Below, one piece after another: positions 10,859 through 21,649 of a stretch of DNA of 64,000 nt. Each line of letters starts with the position of its first letter. Position 1 is the first letter of the stretch. The position numbers and the translations under genes were made by a program. The notes under the pieces are model-generated. The model was not told the origin of the DNA. It ran no database searches and saw only the letters and a list, made by a program, of their open reading frames with translations. The stretch lies in the sequence record NC_041884.1. One strand, given 5' to 3'.

Positions 10859-12649
10859 TTAATATGTAGCTTTAGATGGATCTTCAACATCTTCTTCAGA
10901 GAAAACATGAGGATTAAGTTTTTTATAATCGTCCAATCTAAATAACAGATGAGCTGCATTATCATAATACAGATCTGCTGATGGTCCAGTTAAACCAGTT
11001 TGTCGATTTTTAGAAATCATTACCTTAATAACATTAGTATTAGGATTACTTTTATCTAAATACTTATTACGATTAAGTAGCATTGTGAAGAACGAAGATT
11101 TAATAATAGTAGAGGAACCCATAATTTCAGATTCCATATACATTTTATTTTGGTCCACACGACCATCTTGTTTACGAATATGATTAATACATACAAAAAT
11201 AATTTCATAGCGTTTAATCATAATCTTTAACCACGCTAAAAACTCTTCTTGATCTTCATTACTTAAACCAGCAAATAAATCTTGAAGTGGGTCAATAACA
11301 ATAACTTTACAATCACAAGCAATAATTAATTGCTCAATAAGTTCTTTAATACGATTAATATTTCCATCAAGTTCTTCCATGAAGTAGAAACGGACATCTC
11401 CTTCTTCAGTAAAGAATAGATCTCTATTGTGTTCTACAGTTTCTTCAAGGAGAGCTTGTCGGCCTAAGGAATCTAAAAGAGCTAGCTTACGATTAAGATG
11501 ACGAGAAGCTAAAAGTTTAGAAAATTCCTTACGGGTTGATTCTAATGCAAGAATACCTACTTTATAAGGTTCTTTCATAATCCAATGATAAATCATTTCA
11601 TTAAGAATAGTTGATTTACCAATACCTGATGGAGCGACAATATTAAAGATACTTGGAAAATCTAATCCACCCATTAATAAATCATCTTGAACATGACTTA
11701 AGAATGGAGGGAAAGTTAATCTTGGTTTTTCTTCAAAATCATAAAGATCATTAAATAAAGCGTCTGAACCTACAATACCAGAAGGACTATAAATCTGAGA
11801 TCTAAAATAAGCATTAACAAGTTCTTTTTCTTTTTTATCTTGAAGCATTACATTAGGATCTTTGAATCCATTAGGTAATGTCATGATATGAACTTTTCCT
11901 TTAGGTAAGTATTTTACTAATTGATGTAAATGCTTTAAACCAGCCTCATCCTGATCAGGGCAAACAGTAATACGATCAAATGTGTCAAACCAAGCATATT
12001 GCTTTTGAATCTGTTTATAACCACCTTCACCAATAGTAGTACATACTACTGGTATTTCACCATACCCTTTTCGTTCTGATTCTTTAGATACCACTTGATA
12101 CAAAGTCATTGTATCAATTTCACCACAAGCAATAATACATCTTCTAGCTTTAGTATTATAAAATGCAACTTGACCAAACAAATCACATTCCATACCAACT
12201 TCACCTTTCTTGTAGAAGTTCTTTTCTAAATCTCTCCAACGTACACCAGATAACTCATTATTTTTAGTTACAGGATAATATTGAAATTTAGGTTTACCTG
12301 TGCTTGGATCGATTTCATGCATCACTCCATATTTTTCACAAGTTTCCTTATGTAGTCCTCGATAACCTCTAGGATCTGTAGTTGTATTGTCAGTTAGGTT
12401 AGACCAGTACTCAGGACTGAATTCTAGACCCATATCTATATCCTCTATGTAATACTCTTTATTTATTTTCTTTTTATAAGTCTCAGATAGAGTTAAAATG
12501 CCATGTCCTGACCAACAGTAAACACCACCATCTTCATAATGAATAGCATTATTCTTAGACCTGTCTCTACCTTCAGCAGCACATTTAGGACATTGACCTT
12601 TTTTAATAACTCTAGATGATTTTAATTCTTCTTCTAATTTTTTAGACAT
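10859..12649 (-). CDS. T7 gp4-like primase-helicase
   Basis: Zn motif CPKC...CWSGH, TOPRIM (CGEID, PDQDEAG), Walker A APSGIGKS, VIDPLQD, NHIRK. Confidence 0.93.
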   Translation of the reverse strand: MSKKLEEELKSSRVIKKGQCPKCAAEGRDRSKNNAIHYEDGGVYCWSGHGILTLSETYKKKINKEYYIEDIDMGLEFSPEYWSNLTDNTTTDPRGYRGLHKETCEKYGVMHEIDPSTGKPKFQYYPVTKNNELSGVRWRDLEKNFYKKGEVGMECDLFGQVAFYNTKARRCIIACGEIDTMTLYQVVSKESERKGYGEIPVVCTTIGEGGYKQIQKQYAWFDTFDRITVCPDQDEAGLKHLHQLVKYLPKGKVHIMTLPNGFKDPNVMLQDKKEKELVNAYFRSQIYSPSGIVGSDALFNDLYDFEEKPRLTFPPFLSHVQDDLLMGGLDFPSIFNIVAPSGIGKSTILNEMIYHWIMKEPYKVGILALESTRKEFSKLLASRHLNRKLALLDSLGRQALLEETVEHNRDLFFTEEGDVRFYFMEELDGNINRIKELIEQLIIACDCKVIVIDPLQDLFAGLSNEDQEEFLAWLKIMIKRYEIIFVCINHIRKQDGRVDQNKMYMESEIMGSSTIIKSSFFTMLLNRNKYLDKSNPNTNVIKVMISKNRQTGLTGPSADLYYDNAAHLLFRLDDYKKLNPHVFSEEDVEDPSKATY

Positions 12650-13218
12650 TATTCATTTCTTTTATTAATATCTTAATAGCTTCTTCTCTAATAGCTAAAG
12701 CTTTCTTTGGCATTACAAGATTGCGAGATGTATAAAACTCTTCTATTCTTTTCTCTTTAATTAATTTAATTACATACTTAGTACATAAAGCATCTTCAAA
12801 AGACATACCAAATCTTTTTGCATAGGTTGCTGCATAGTTGCAGTTCTTACAAATAAGCTGAAGATCATCTGCTGTAACAAATACAACTCTTTTAAAGAAT
12901 GATTCAATATCTGCTACAGTTTTTAAACTATAATCTCCACCATGTTTATGATCGACTTGCATATCACCAATGACATAATCTTGATGACATAGAGCACAAG
13001 TAGCACCCCATACAGTTTTCTTGCCTTTCTTTTTAGGATTAGGTATTTGACGTCTTTTACTTGCAATTAATTTTAACTTAACAGGGTGACGCATCCATAC
13101 AGCACCTCTAATCCCGACCACGTATCCATGAAAAGAATTCTGCTTCAGTTTTCCATACATCTCTATTTTGATCTAAGATTTCAAGAAGCTTTGCTTCATA
13201 ATCTACATCATCAGACAT
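12642..13218 (-). CDS. HNH-type endonuclease (191 aa), +1 break at CGG 13116
   Basis: CALC...QVDH...LICKNC. ATG 13218 gives MSDDVDY...WKTEAEFFSWIRG then CGG; skipping C13116 continues GIRGAVWMRHPVKL. Confidence 0.8.
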
Positions 13219-13822
13219 TAGTACATCCTATTACTACCTTATTAATTCTTCTAGTAACCATCATTCCAGAAGGGACAGATAAAGTATAAATCTTATCTTC
13301 ATATGTAGATTTTATAATATCATTAGAATCAAATGGAGCTGTATTAGTTTCTAAATAATAAGCACTAGTCTCATTGTCATTAATGATAACTGAATATCCT
13401 TTTAATACACCTTCAGCTTGGATAGCATCTAATTCATCTTTAGTATAAGTTCTATCAAAATATAGTTCAGGGATATTTTGGATATCCCTTTTCCCTGTGG
13501 TGTATAAATAATTATTATGATCAAGATTAATATTATGAATATAATCTACTTTATGAGTAGAGCCTTCATCAGTATATTCAAGATAAGGTATTTGAGAATC
13601 AGGTGTAACTGTAAGTAAAGATAGCCCTAAAGAACTAGTAATAGTAATTAAGATACCTGAATAATCAACACAACTATAGTTAGAACCTTTTTCAAAACTA
13701 ATACTAAAGTCAGAATTAAATTGAGCTATAAGATCATTATCAAGATTTACATCTTTTAAACGTTTCCACCCATTATTTGTAAGAACTGAAGTGTATTTAT
13801 CAAAATAATTTTTATAATTCAA
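13211..13822 (-). CDS. free-standing degenerate intein/Hint-domain protein
   Basis: YFDKYTSVLTNNGWKRLKDV...LIAQFN resembles intein block A with Cys1 replaced; TVTPDSQI resembles block B; YEDKIYTLSVPSGMMVTRR resembles block F. Likely TTG start at 13822 with GGAG 9 nt upstream. Confidence 0.75.
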   Translation of the reverse strand: MNYKNYFDKYTSVLTNNGWKRLKDVNLDNDLIAQFNSDFSISFEKGSNYSCVDYSGILITITSSLGLSLLTVTPDSQIPYLEYTDEGSTHKVDYIHNINLDHNNYLYTTGKRDIQNIPELYFDRTYTKDELDAIQAEGVLKGYSVIINDNETSAYYLETNTAPFDSNDIIKSTYEDKIYTLSVPSGMMVTRRINKVVIGCTNV

Positions 13823-14918
13823 AATCCAATACTCCAGAAGGAACATCATCAATCGCTCTAATTTTTTGATAATTAGTATTATCACCTTCCTGATTAGCAT
13901 TTTGGAAAGAATCTATATCCAACCAGTCTTTCATATAAGGAAGAGGATTTACAGGAACATTATTTTCATTAGTAATCCCTACAGGCAATCCTGCAAAGTA
14001 AGCATTATAGTATGTCCAATCATCAAGTAATTCTCTTGTTAAACCTACAGCTTTTCTTCCTTCAGAAAAGATATATTTATTCCAAGCTAACTCGGAAGCT
14101 GTTACATCTTTATGGAGATCAACTAGATCATTCCAACACTCTCTAACAGCAATTTTTCCTCGTGGATCTTTTTCAATAATATTCTTAAGAACATAAGCAA
14201 GCACTGCCGCATGACAAGTAAGTTCATCAGTCGCAATTTTTTGAATTAATTTACAAATTCCTACAAAATACCCTTGTTCAGCTGTAACAAAAGTAGTAGC
14301 AAAAGAAGACATAAATTGTAAACGTTCTGCTAAGAACATTGCATAGATTGCTTTAAAGACTCTATTAAAGAGATTTTGATCGTTAGAAATACGGCCTGAA
14401 ATATAATCAGCCCCAGCTATTTGAAGATCTTCTAAAACTTGAGAAACCTTAACAAATCTATTAGAAATATGTTCATTTTTACTAATATTTTCAATAATTA
14501 AATGAGTCTCTTTAGGAAGACAAAGTCTAATAATTTCTGAATACGTTAAAGCATGAAGACCTTCAATTTCTTGATTTTTAGCTTGCGCTAACCAGAATTC
14601 ACTATTCGTAATAAAAGGTGCTAACAAAGTTGCAAAAGACCTAGAAGCAATACTATCAAATTCCCATTGATAACTAAGATTTTTAATCATTAAGTCTTTA
14701 ATATATTTTGGAGCATTAACTTCCATGTCAATTTTACTTTCAATTAGGCTTACTTCGTTTTCTTCCCAATCAATTTCTTTTTGTCTTTTATATAAATCAA
14801 ATAATGTGGGATGAGCCACATTAATACTATCATGTAATCCTAAACGTTCGCCTAAGATTAAAGGATAGTGACCATTTTCCCATCCTGAATTATTTAAATT
14901 AATTAATGTTTCAGACAT
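13812..14918 (-). CDS. nrdB: class Ia ribonucleotide reductase beta subunit
   Basis: EFDS, EGLHALTY (radical Tyr), AERLQF, DELTCH di-iron ligands; next to nrdA. Confidence 0.92.
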   Translation of the reverse strand: MSETLINLNNSGWENGHYPLILGERLGLHDSINVAHPTLFDLYKRQKEIDWEENEVSLIESKIDMEVNAPKYIKDLMIKNLSYQWEFDSIASRSFATLLAPFITNSEFWLAQAKNQEIEGLHALTYSEIIRLCLPKETHLIIENISKNEHISNRFVKVSQVLEDLQIAGADYISGRISNDQNLFNRVFKAIYAMFLAERLQFMSSFATTFVTAEQGYFVGICKLIQKIATDELTCHAAVLAYVLKNIIEKDPRGKIAVRECWNDLVDLHKDVTASELAWNKYIFSEGRKAVGLTRELLDDWTYYNAYFAGLPVGITNENNVPVNPLPYMKDWLDIDSFQNANQEGDNTNYQKIRAIDDVPSGVLDFEL

Positions 14919-14936
14919 TATTTATTATTCTCATTC

Positions 14937-17313
14937 TTATAGAGAGCATCCACCACTACCACACGAAGCAGCTTTAGATCCTTCATCTTCACTATTTGTT
15001 TTACTGTTTGTATAATATTGAGTTTTTAAACCCATTTTAATTTTATATAAAAAATCTGAATATAATTTTTTCTTAGTTAATTCACTATTAGATCTTGTAA
15101 AATCATGATAGAAATCTGCTGAAATAGACTGATCATTAAATTTTTGAAAAATTGCATAATGGTCTACTAAATGTTTAGTTTCAACTTCCCATGCAATTTC
15201 ATAATTCCATTGTAGTTCTTCAAAATGAGGAGCAATAGATACATTAACATTAGCGCCATCAGTTTTAACAATCTTACCTCTACGAATAGGATATAGTCCA
15301 TTAACACTGTTTAATACTTGGGAACTTGATTCACAAGGCATGTGAGCTACTAAAGAAGAATGAGCTAAGCCACCATTTTCAATAATTTCTTGACTTAAAG
15401 CTTTATAATCATATCTATATTCAAAATCAGCAATACCATCGACAGCATGACAATAAGTATCTAAAGGAGTCCAACCTTCAGGTAATTTAGATTTAAACAT
15501 CCAAGGAGCTACACCACGTTCTTTAGAAATCTTTAAAGAAGCTTTGGCTAGCATATACCAATGACGCTCAGCTATAAAATGAGCATGTTGTTTACCAGCT
15601 TTAGAACTATAATATAAGCCCTTACGTGCTAACTCATATGCAAAGTTAGTTAAACCTACACCAGCATTCATCCTTTGAGCAGCAGTATATTTAACATTAG
15701 GAAATTCATAAGAAGAATTTAAAATAACGTAATCAATAACACGTAATAGATAATAACAAATATCTAAATATTCTTCATCTGTAAAATCACGATGTAAATT
15801 AACACCAGCAATATTACATAAAGCAATCTCATTTTTCGATTCAATCTTCTTAACTACTTTACCATTGACAGTATCACCTGCTTTAACATTAGCTAAAGAC
15901 CAACGAGCAGATTCAATATCAACTATCACTTCTTCAGATTTATCTTCATAAGTGATATAAGCCCATTCAGAAGAAAATTCTTCATAGAGTTCTCTAACAG
16001 AATGGAATGGTTTAGTAGGAAGAGTTATTTCAAGACACAAATTACTTGAATAGATTGGATCTTTATGTGGAGTATGATAATTAATCTGATAACTATCCCC
16101 ACTATATAATCTACCTGTTTCATACTGTTCAGAGAGACAGACATCAGCTAAATCACGAGCTCTAATAAAGGTCTTTTTAACACTATCATCTAGTTCATAC
16201 TTTTCATACAACTCTACATAGTCTTCATAACGATTAGAGTAGAATGCTTCATATAGATCAGGAGCATCTTTAAGACTGATTAACATCCATTGTTCGTCAT
16301 TGATTACTTTAATACCAAAGTAACGATTGTACATAAATGCATAATCGATTTCATCAACTTTTAATTCAGCAACAGTAGAAGGATTACGTGCTTTTACAAT
16401 TACTTCAATTTCTGGATCATTAATAGGCACATAAGTAGTTAAAGCACCACCTCGACTACCTTGCTTATTAGATTTAGTAATACCTTGAGCAGCTTTATGA
16501 TACCCTTGCTTACCTTGGTGGATAATAGTTCCACCTTTAACAGAATCTCCTATAGATCTAATAATATAATTATTACCTAAACCAGCAGCTGCAATAGTCA
16601 TCATTTCAGTAATATGATTAGCTGCTGCAATAGATCTAGAAGTATCTTCAATAGAATATAAGCAACAACTTGCACCTGTACGTCTAACTGTTCCAATGTA
16701 AGACCAGTTAGGACTAGGTAAATTCATATCCAGATTATCTAAATATTTTAAAAAATTATTAATATGGTACATTCTGTTTTCATCTTTCTCGAAGACTGCT
16801 AATGCAATACGAGCAAACATGAATCGAGGAGTTTCATAAGTTTGTTTTGAAACTCGATCTCTAACAAAATATTTAGATTCCATCTGATTGATTTGAGTAT
16901 AAGACAAATCAAAATCTTTATGATGTGTTAACCATCCATCTATAATATCTAATTCTTCCTCAGTGTAATCAAATTTAAGGTAATACCCTTTCTCATACAT
17001 ATAACGAAGATGATCTTTTAATGGTGGAGGTACATCTAACCCTGTATAAGCAAAAACACGCTTATATAAATCAGCAGTATAAAGTTTACCAGCTACTTGT
17101 AAATGAGCAGTTGTAGCTTGATCAAGACAAGCACTAATAAGAGCATTGATAATATCTTGTACAGTACAACCATCATGTAACTTTTTTAAGCCGTTAAGCG
17201 CAATCTCACTCCATGATACACCATGAACTGCTCCGCCAATTGGCTAATTTGTTTAATTTATCTGCTTGGAACTTAACTCTTCGTCCATTACGTTTAATTA
17301 CAGTATTAATCAA
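14937..17313 (-). CDS. nrdA: class Ia ribonucleotide reductase alpha subunit with ATP cone (791 aa), +1 break at CGG 17235
   Basis: SCCL, SNLCLE, LCNI, MPCESSS, C-terminal CGSGGC. ATP-cone start MINTVIKRNGRR (TTG 17313) is out of frame with the body unless C17235 is skipped. Confidence 0.93.
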
Positions 17314-17315
17314 AA

Positions 17316-17798
17316 TTAACTCTTATTTTTACTTTCTTTAATCTTTTTATATATGTTACGTCTATACTCTCTATCTTTATCTAATTTTTCTTGTTTTTTT
17401 AAGTTCTTAGATTCTAGACCAGTATATTCAAATGGTGGGTAATCAACAGAATCAATTAATTCTTTTAACTCTTCTGGAGACTTAACCATTTTATTATGTT
17501 TAATCCTAACTAATTTAATACCATGCTTAGTTAAATACTCTAATTTCTGTTGATCGTAATCTCTCCCTTTTTTATAGTCTTCAAACTCTTTATGGAAGAA
17601 AGGAACAAATTGATCATGTTGAATTCCATCGTACTCAACCGCAATACCTAGACTAGGGATAAATAAATCAAGTCTTTGATTAAGATCATGGAGAGGGAAC
17701 TCATAAATAATTTCTAGCTTAGGATAAATCTCTCTAAGCATATCAAAGATAGTTCTTTGATCTTTACTTCCTCTACCATCTACTTCATTTGAAGCCAT
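17316..17798 (-). CDS. DUF559/Vsr-like endonuclease, possible free-standing homing endonuclease
   Basis: QRLDLFIPSLGIAVEYDGIQH and KLVRI pattern; directly upstream of nrdA. Confidence 0.75.
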   Translation of the reverse strand: MASNEVDGRGSKDQRTIFDMLREIYPKLEIIYEFPLHDLNQRLDLFIPSLGIAVEYDGIQHDQFVPFFHKEFEDYKKGRDYDQQKLEYLTKHGIKLVRIKHNKMVKSPEELKELIDSVDYPPFEYTGLESKNLKKQEKLDKDREYRRNIYKKIKESKNKS

Positions 17799-17800
17799 AT

Positions 17801-18139
17801 TTAAAAACCTCTAGTATCAACAACTGCTCCGCCTAAATCATGGCCAGTAATTTTCTCTGAGATATGTTCTCCAGAATAATTATAATTTCTAGAAATCCAA
17901 TCAATATAATAATAAAATTCAATATCTGATTCGACTTTTTTGAAATTATCTAAATGGAAACCAAGTTTAGAAGATCTATCTATAATTTCATTTAAATGAA
18001 CAGTACGATAGTAGTCATCACAATAATAAACAAATGTACGGGAGTCATCTTTAAATATAATTAAAACTCTTTGTACACCATTACTACCACTGACATAAAT
18101 AGGGTCTGTACCTTCTAAATAAGTATATTCTACTTTCAT
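17801..18139 (-). CDS. hypothetical protein
   Basis: 112-aa ORF in operon. Confidence 0.65.
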   Translation of the reverse strand: MKVEYTYLEGTDPIYVSGSNGVQRVLIIFKDDSRTFVYYCDDYYRTVHLNEIIDRSSKLGFHLDNFKKVESDIEFYYYIDWISRNYNYSGEHISEKITGHDLGGAVVDTRGF

Positions 18140-18975
18140 TTAATATTTACCAATTCAATATATTTATTCTTTTTAGTATTTTTAACATTTGGAACTACAA
18201 CTCCAAACATTTGATGTATAGTGCATGGAGATATAGGGCAACTAGGACAGTTTGTTAAATTAGCATGAGAGAAATCAATATAGAATGACTCTATAAAATC
18301 TGTAGCATATCTTCTTACAGAAGTACTCAGATTTATACTATTTAAAATAATAGAAGGTTTTTCTAAAGATATTTGAATAACGGAGAGGGAAGATGCGTTA
18401 GGATAAGCTGCAATAGTATTTAATACATTAAGATTAGAATAAATACTTTGATGTGAGGTGATTGGAATGATAAGAATATTATGGAGGGAGAAATCAGTTT
18501 TAACAATTTGAACAGGAATTTCCCAATAATAATTATTATTAACAGGAGTTATATTTATAAACTTTGTCTTACCAACACCTCGTAAAAGTGTTTTAACTTC
18601 TAAGACTTCTTCACTTCTAACAATACTTAATAAGGATTCATATACTTTCACAAGTGAAGTCCAATAGTGAGCAATTTGAATAGAAGTGATAGCTTGAGCT
18701 TTTTTCCTAGAAAACCCAGTAATAACATTATAAAAATAATTCTCATAAGATAAAATATTTTTATTCAATTCTAAAGAATTTAACAAAATGCTATTACATA
18801 TATAAGCAGCAAAGCTATTTATATTTTTATCATAAATATTAGAAATACGATGGAAAGAATGAAGAGATGTCTTAAATTTTACATATCTCTCATTCGTAGG
18901 TATCTTATTAGTATTAGGGCAATAATTTGATAACACAATATCATCTATATGATACATGTTAGAATATTTAATCAT
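18136..18975 (-). CDS. hypothetical protein, possibly degenerate PD-(D/E)XK/Cas4-like fold
   Basis: N-terminal YCP and C-terminal CPSCPISPC; likely start at ATG 18975. Confidence 0.5.
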   Translation of the reverse strand: MIKYSNMYHIDDIVLSNYCPNTNKIPTNERYVKFKTSLHSFHRISNIYDKNINSFAAYICNSILLNSLELNKNILSYENYFYNVITGFSRKKAQAITSIQIAHYWTSLVKVYESLLSIVRSEEVLEVKTLLRGVGKTKFINITPVNNNYYWEIPVQIVKTDFSLHNILIIPITSHQSIYSNLNVLNTIAAYPNASSLSVIQISLEKPSIILNSINLSTSVRRYATDFIESFYIDFSHANLTNCPSCPISPCTIHQMFGVVVPNVKNTKKNKYIELVNIK

Positions 18976-19873
18976 ATGAATTACAAGCACCATTGTTAAA
19001 AGCACAATAGCGACATTGGTAATCTCCAATAGGATTATTTACAGGGTCCTTAACCCACTTATCATAAGCATATTTAGGAATCTCACCTAATCGATACTTT
19101 GCTTCAATTTCTTCTACTGTGTATTCTTGAATGTATTCTTTCATAGGAATTGTGTTAGACATTAAAGCATCAATTAACTTTAACTCCGCTTTATCAATTC
19201 CATCAGAAGACACACTCATTTCAGTATAAGAATGATATTCTCCATTCCAATTAGTTTCAATCAACGGATATAAATTGCCATTAACTTCTGTAAATGTAAT
19301 GCGAAACTGCTTATACTTATACCAATCACCACAAGATCTATCTATATAACATAAATTAATAGCTTTCACTTCATCTTTATATACCATTAAGTATCTGAAC
19401 GCTTGAAGCAAATGAGAGATCTTTGGAGATGGTCTTTTTGTACGATTACCTAGTATAGCTTGAGCAGTAGTATAATTACTTCCATCATAGGTTTTTACTT
19501 CAATTAATTCTAATTCTCCAGTAGAGGGATTAGTAATACTAACATCTACTAATCCCTTCATATACCTAGAAGGATCAGAAGCAATGAATTGACTATCTTC
19601 ATAAATACCTACTTGCTGTAATTGATTGATAAACCAATCTTCCCACCAATTACCACTAAAGGCTGCCATTCTAGCTTTTAAACTTATTGTAGAAGATTTG
19701 GGATGATTAGTTTTATCTAACCATACTTGTCTTAAGCAAGAACCTACTTGTTTATCTGTTGAAAGATCATAACAAACTTGTCCAGATGGATTAATAGCTA
19801 ATAAGTTAGGACGCTTAAGCTTGGATGGTTTTTCTAGATTTTCTCTAATTTTTCCAAAAATATCTAAATACAT
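18968..19873 (-). CDS. PD-(D/E)XK (Cas4-like) exonuclease
   Basis: CLRQVW, GLVD, IEVKT, QAFRY, CQYCAF-like CRYCAF C-terminus. Confidence 0.8.
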   Translation of the reverse strand: MYLDIFGKIRENLEKPSKLKRPNLLAINPSGQVCYDLSTDKQVGSCLRQVWLDKTNHPKSSTISLKARMAAFSGNWWEDWFINQLQQVGIYEDSQFIASDPSRYMKGLVDVSITNPSTGELELIEVKTYDGSNYTTAQAILGNRTKRPSPKISHLLQAFRYLMVYKDEVKAINLCYIDRSCGDWYKYKQFRITFTEVNGNLYPLIETNWNGEYHSYTEMSVSSDGIDKAELKLIDALMSNTIPMKEYIQEYTVEEIEAKYRLGEIPKYAYDKWVKDPVNNPIGDYQCRYCAFNNGACNSYD

Positions 19874-19885
19874 TTATTCTTCTTT

Positions 19886-20356
19886 TTAAATCATTACTAA
19901 ATAATATTGAGAATCAGCTTTATGATTTTTATTCCAATCCCCAATATAAAACATATTTTCTTTGTAATCCTTAAAAGCTTCAGGTAATTCAGGAAGGTCA
20001 TTAGGGCTTTTAACTTTAATAATAATCAAACTATCTTCATCTATAGAATAATCAAGATAAGTAGAAAGATTATATTGAGTAGTTAAGTCTACATACAGAA
20101 CATCAACAGGATGATTAAGACAACCATCTTCAAAGTTCTGTTTTAAACCAAAGCCCATATTTGTTACTGAATAACCAGCAGTATAAGGAATACTATCATA
20201 GTCGCTACCAATAAGTAGCACATTACAAACTCGATATTTATTATTAAAGTTATGGAAAAATTTATCATCCTTATCATTAATAATTAACATTCTATTTGTT
20301 TTTCTTAGATAATTAAACGCTACTTCACGAGTAGCATCTAAATGTACATCAGACAT
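19886..20356 (-). CDS. hypothetical protein
   Basis: 156-aa ORF; alternating beta/alpha pattern (PVDVLYVD) but no secure family. Confidence 0.65.
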   Translation of the reverse strand: MSDVHLDATREVAFNYLRKTNRMLIINDKDDKFFHNFNNKYRVCNVLLIGSDYDSIPYTAGYSVTNMGFGLKQNFEDGCLNHPVDVLYVDLTTQYNLSTYLDYSIDEDSLIIIKVKSPNDLPELPEAFKDYKENMFYIGDWNKNHKADSQYYLVMI

Positions 20357-20358
20357 TA

Positions 20359-20820
20359 TTATATTTTCGCTAAAATAATATTTTTTAAAGTTATTTTAGA
20401 CATATCAACAGACAACAACTTCTCAGATGTAGTTACATAATTATTATTTTCTATTTCAATATCTGAAATAATCTGTTGTAATTTAAATGTGTGTGCATAA
20501 GAAACATCTTGAAATATAACTTTATTACATTCAAGTCCACTTACAATACTCTGACTAAAACTTATAGAACTATCTATTAAAGATAAAATAGATAATCTAC
20601 ATACATTAGGATACTGATATACTTTAATGTAAACATTATTTTGGAATATCTTAATACCTACAAAACCAATTATAATATTATTAGTAGTTACAATTCCACA
20701 ATAATCCATAACATCAGGATCAAAACCTTTGAAGATCTTTAACCCTGTAAGAATTGTATCTTTGTATGTTCCAGTAAGAGAGGTGTAGTCAGTGAAGTAA
20801 TCAATATTAATATCTGACAT
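20359..20820 (-). CDS. hypothetical protein (weak GNAT-like pattern)
   Basis: 153-aa ORF; NIIIGFVGIKIF segment only loosely GNAT-like. Confidence 0.6.
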   Translation of the reverse strand: MSDINIDYFTDYTSLTGTYKDTILTGLKIFKGFDPDVMDYCGIVTTNNIIIGFVGIKIFQNNVYIKVYQYPNVCRLSILSLIDSSISFSQSIVSGLECNKVIFQDVSYAHTFKLQQIISDIEIENNNYVTTSEKLLSVDMSKITLKNIILAKI

Positions 20821-20830
20821 AAGAAAACTC

Positions 20831-21649
20831 TTATAAGATACTATCTAACAATTCAGATGTATTTGTAGAACCATCAATGCCTTTACCCCAAGTTCCAACA
20901 TGATGAGTAACAGTATATTCACTACAACGAATTTTACTTCCATTATAATCTACAGGAACTGATACGATATTTCTTACATCAATTTCAACAAGAACAACTT
21001 GATCGCCATAACTAGCAAAACTATTTAAGTATGAAAATGCGCATGCATGTAATCCAGAAGCACAAGTCTTATTAGGATCGTGCGTTACTTTAACACGTGG
21101 CATACTACAAACTTTTCCAGGGGAGTTATCAAATGTTCCTGAGTGCTTATCTTTAAAATCTGGACGAACAACTTTCCAAGCTAATACATTACCATCAGCT
21201 GTGATTGACAGATCGTTAAATTTTAAAAACTCGTACAAACGTTCATAAGTGTCAGTATGAGAAACATCACGTAGACGCTCAATAAACTTACTCCAAGCTT
21301 CTAATGCAATTTGATTGCCTTTCTTAAAGCAATTTAATAGATGGCCTTCAAGTGCAATAGGAATATAATCCTCATCAAACTTCACACGATTGCCAGCTAT
21401 AACTAATCTTCCATTACTCCAATTAACTAAAGCTTTAGTAATAGAATGTAAGTCTTGTAATTCAGCTATTTTAGCAGCTGATAGTTCTTCAGTGTCTAAA
21501 TGTTCTAAAGCAATTCTAACAGCTTTATCAAAATTTACATGGTCTTTATGGAACATGATATTAAGAGAAGCATTAGTAAATAAAACATATTGACTACTCA
21601 AAATAATTTCTACATCTTGAGTGTCTGTGTTTTCGTAATCTGTTGTCAT
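20831..21649 (-). CDS. rIIB: rIIB-like protein
   Basis: FLKFNDLSITADG, AWKVVRPDFKDKHSGTFDNSPG, TCASGLH, IVSVPVDYNGSKIRC; follows rIIA. Confidence 0.88.
   Translation of the reverse strand: MTTDYENTDTQDVEIILSSQYVLFTNASLNIMFHKDHVNFDKAVRIALEHLDTEELSAAKIAELQDLHSITKALVNWSNGRLVIAGNRVKFDEDYIPIALEGHLLNCFKKGNQIALEAWSKFIERLRDVSHTDTYERLYEFLKFNDLSITADGNVLAWKVVRPDFKDKHSGTFDNSPGKVCSMPRVKVTHDPNKTCASGLHACAFSYLNSFASYGDQVVLVEIDVRNIVSVPVDYNGSKIRCSEYTVTHHVGTWGKGIDGSTNTSELLDSIL

Noticed and set aside
13822-13900. N-terminal extension of the Hint ORF or a frameshift fusion to NrdB
   Set aside because: It overlaps the nrdB C-terminus, which ends normally (DFEL); there is no CGG or slippery site, and TTG 13822 has its own RBS.
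15780-16020. Possible intein in NrdA between NLCLE and LCNI
   Set aside because: Only about 50 residues, with no intein terminal residues; an ordinary loop insertion.
17226-17833. 12-bp direct repeat aactgctccgcc (17226-17237 and 17822-17833) on either side of the DUF559-like gene
   Set aside because: The copies lie inside neighbouring coding sequence, 25-80 bp from the gene ends, with the nrdA start between them; this does not fit a target-site duplication.
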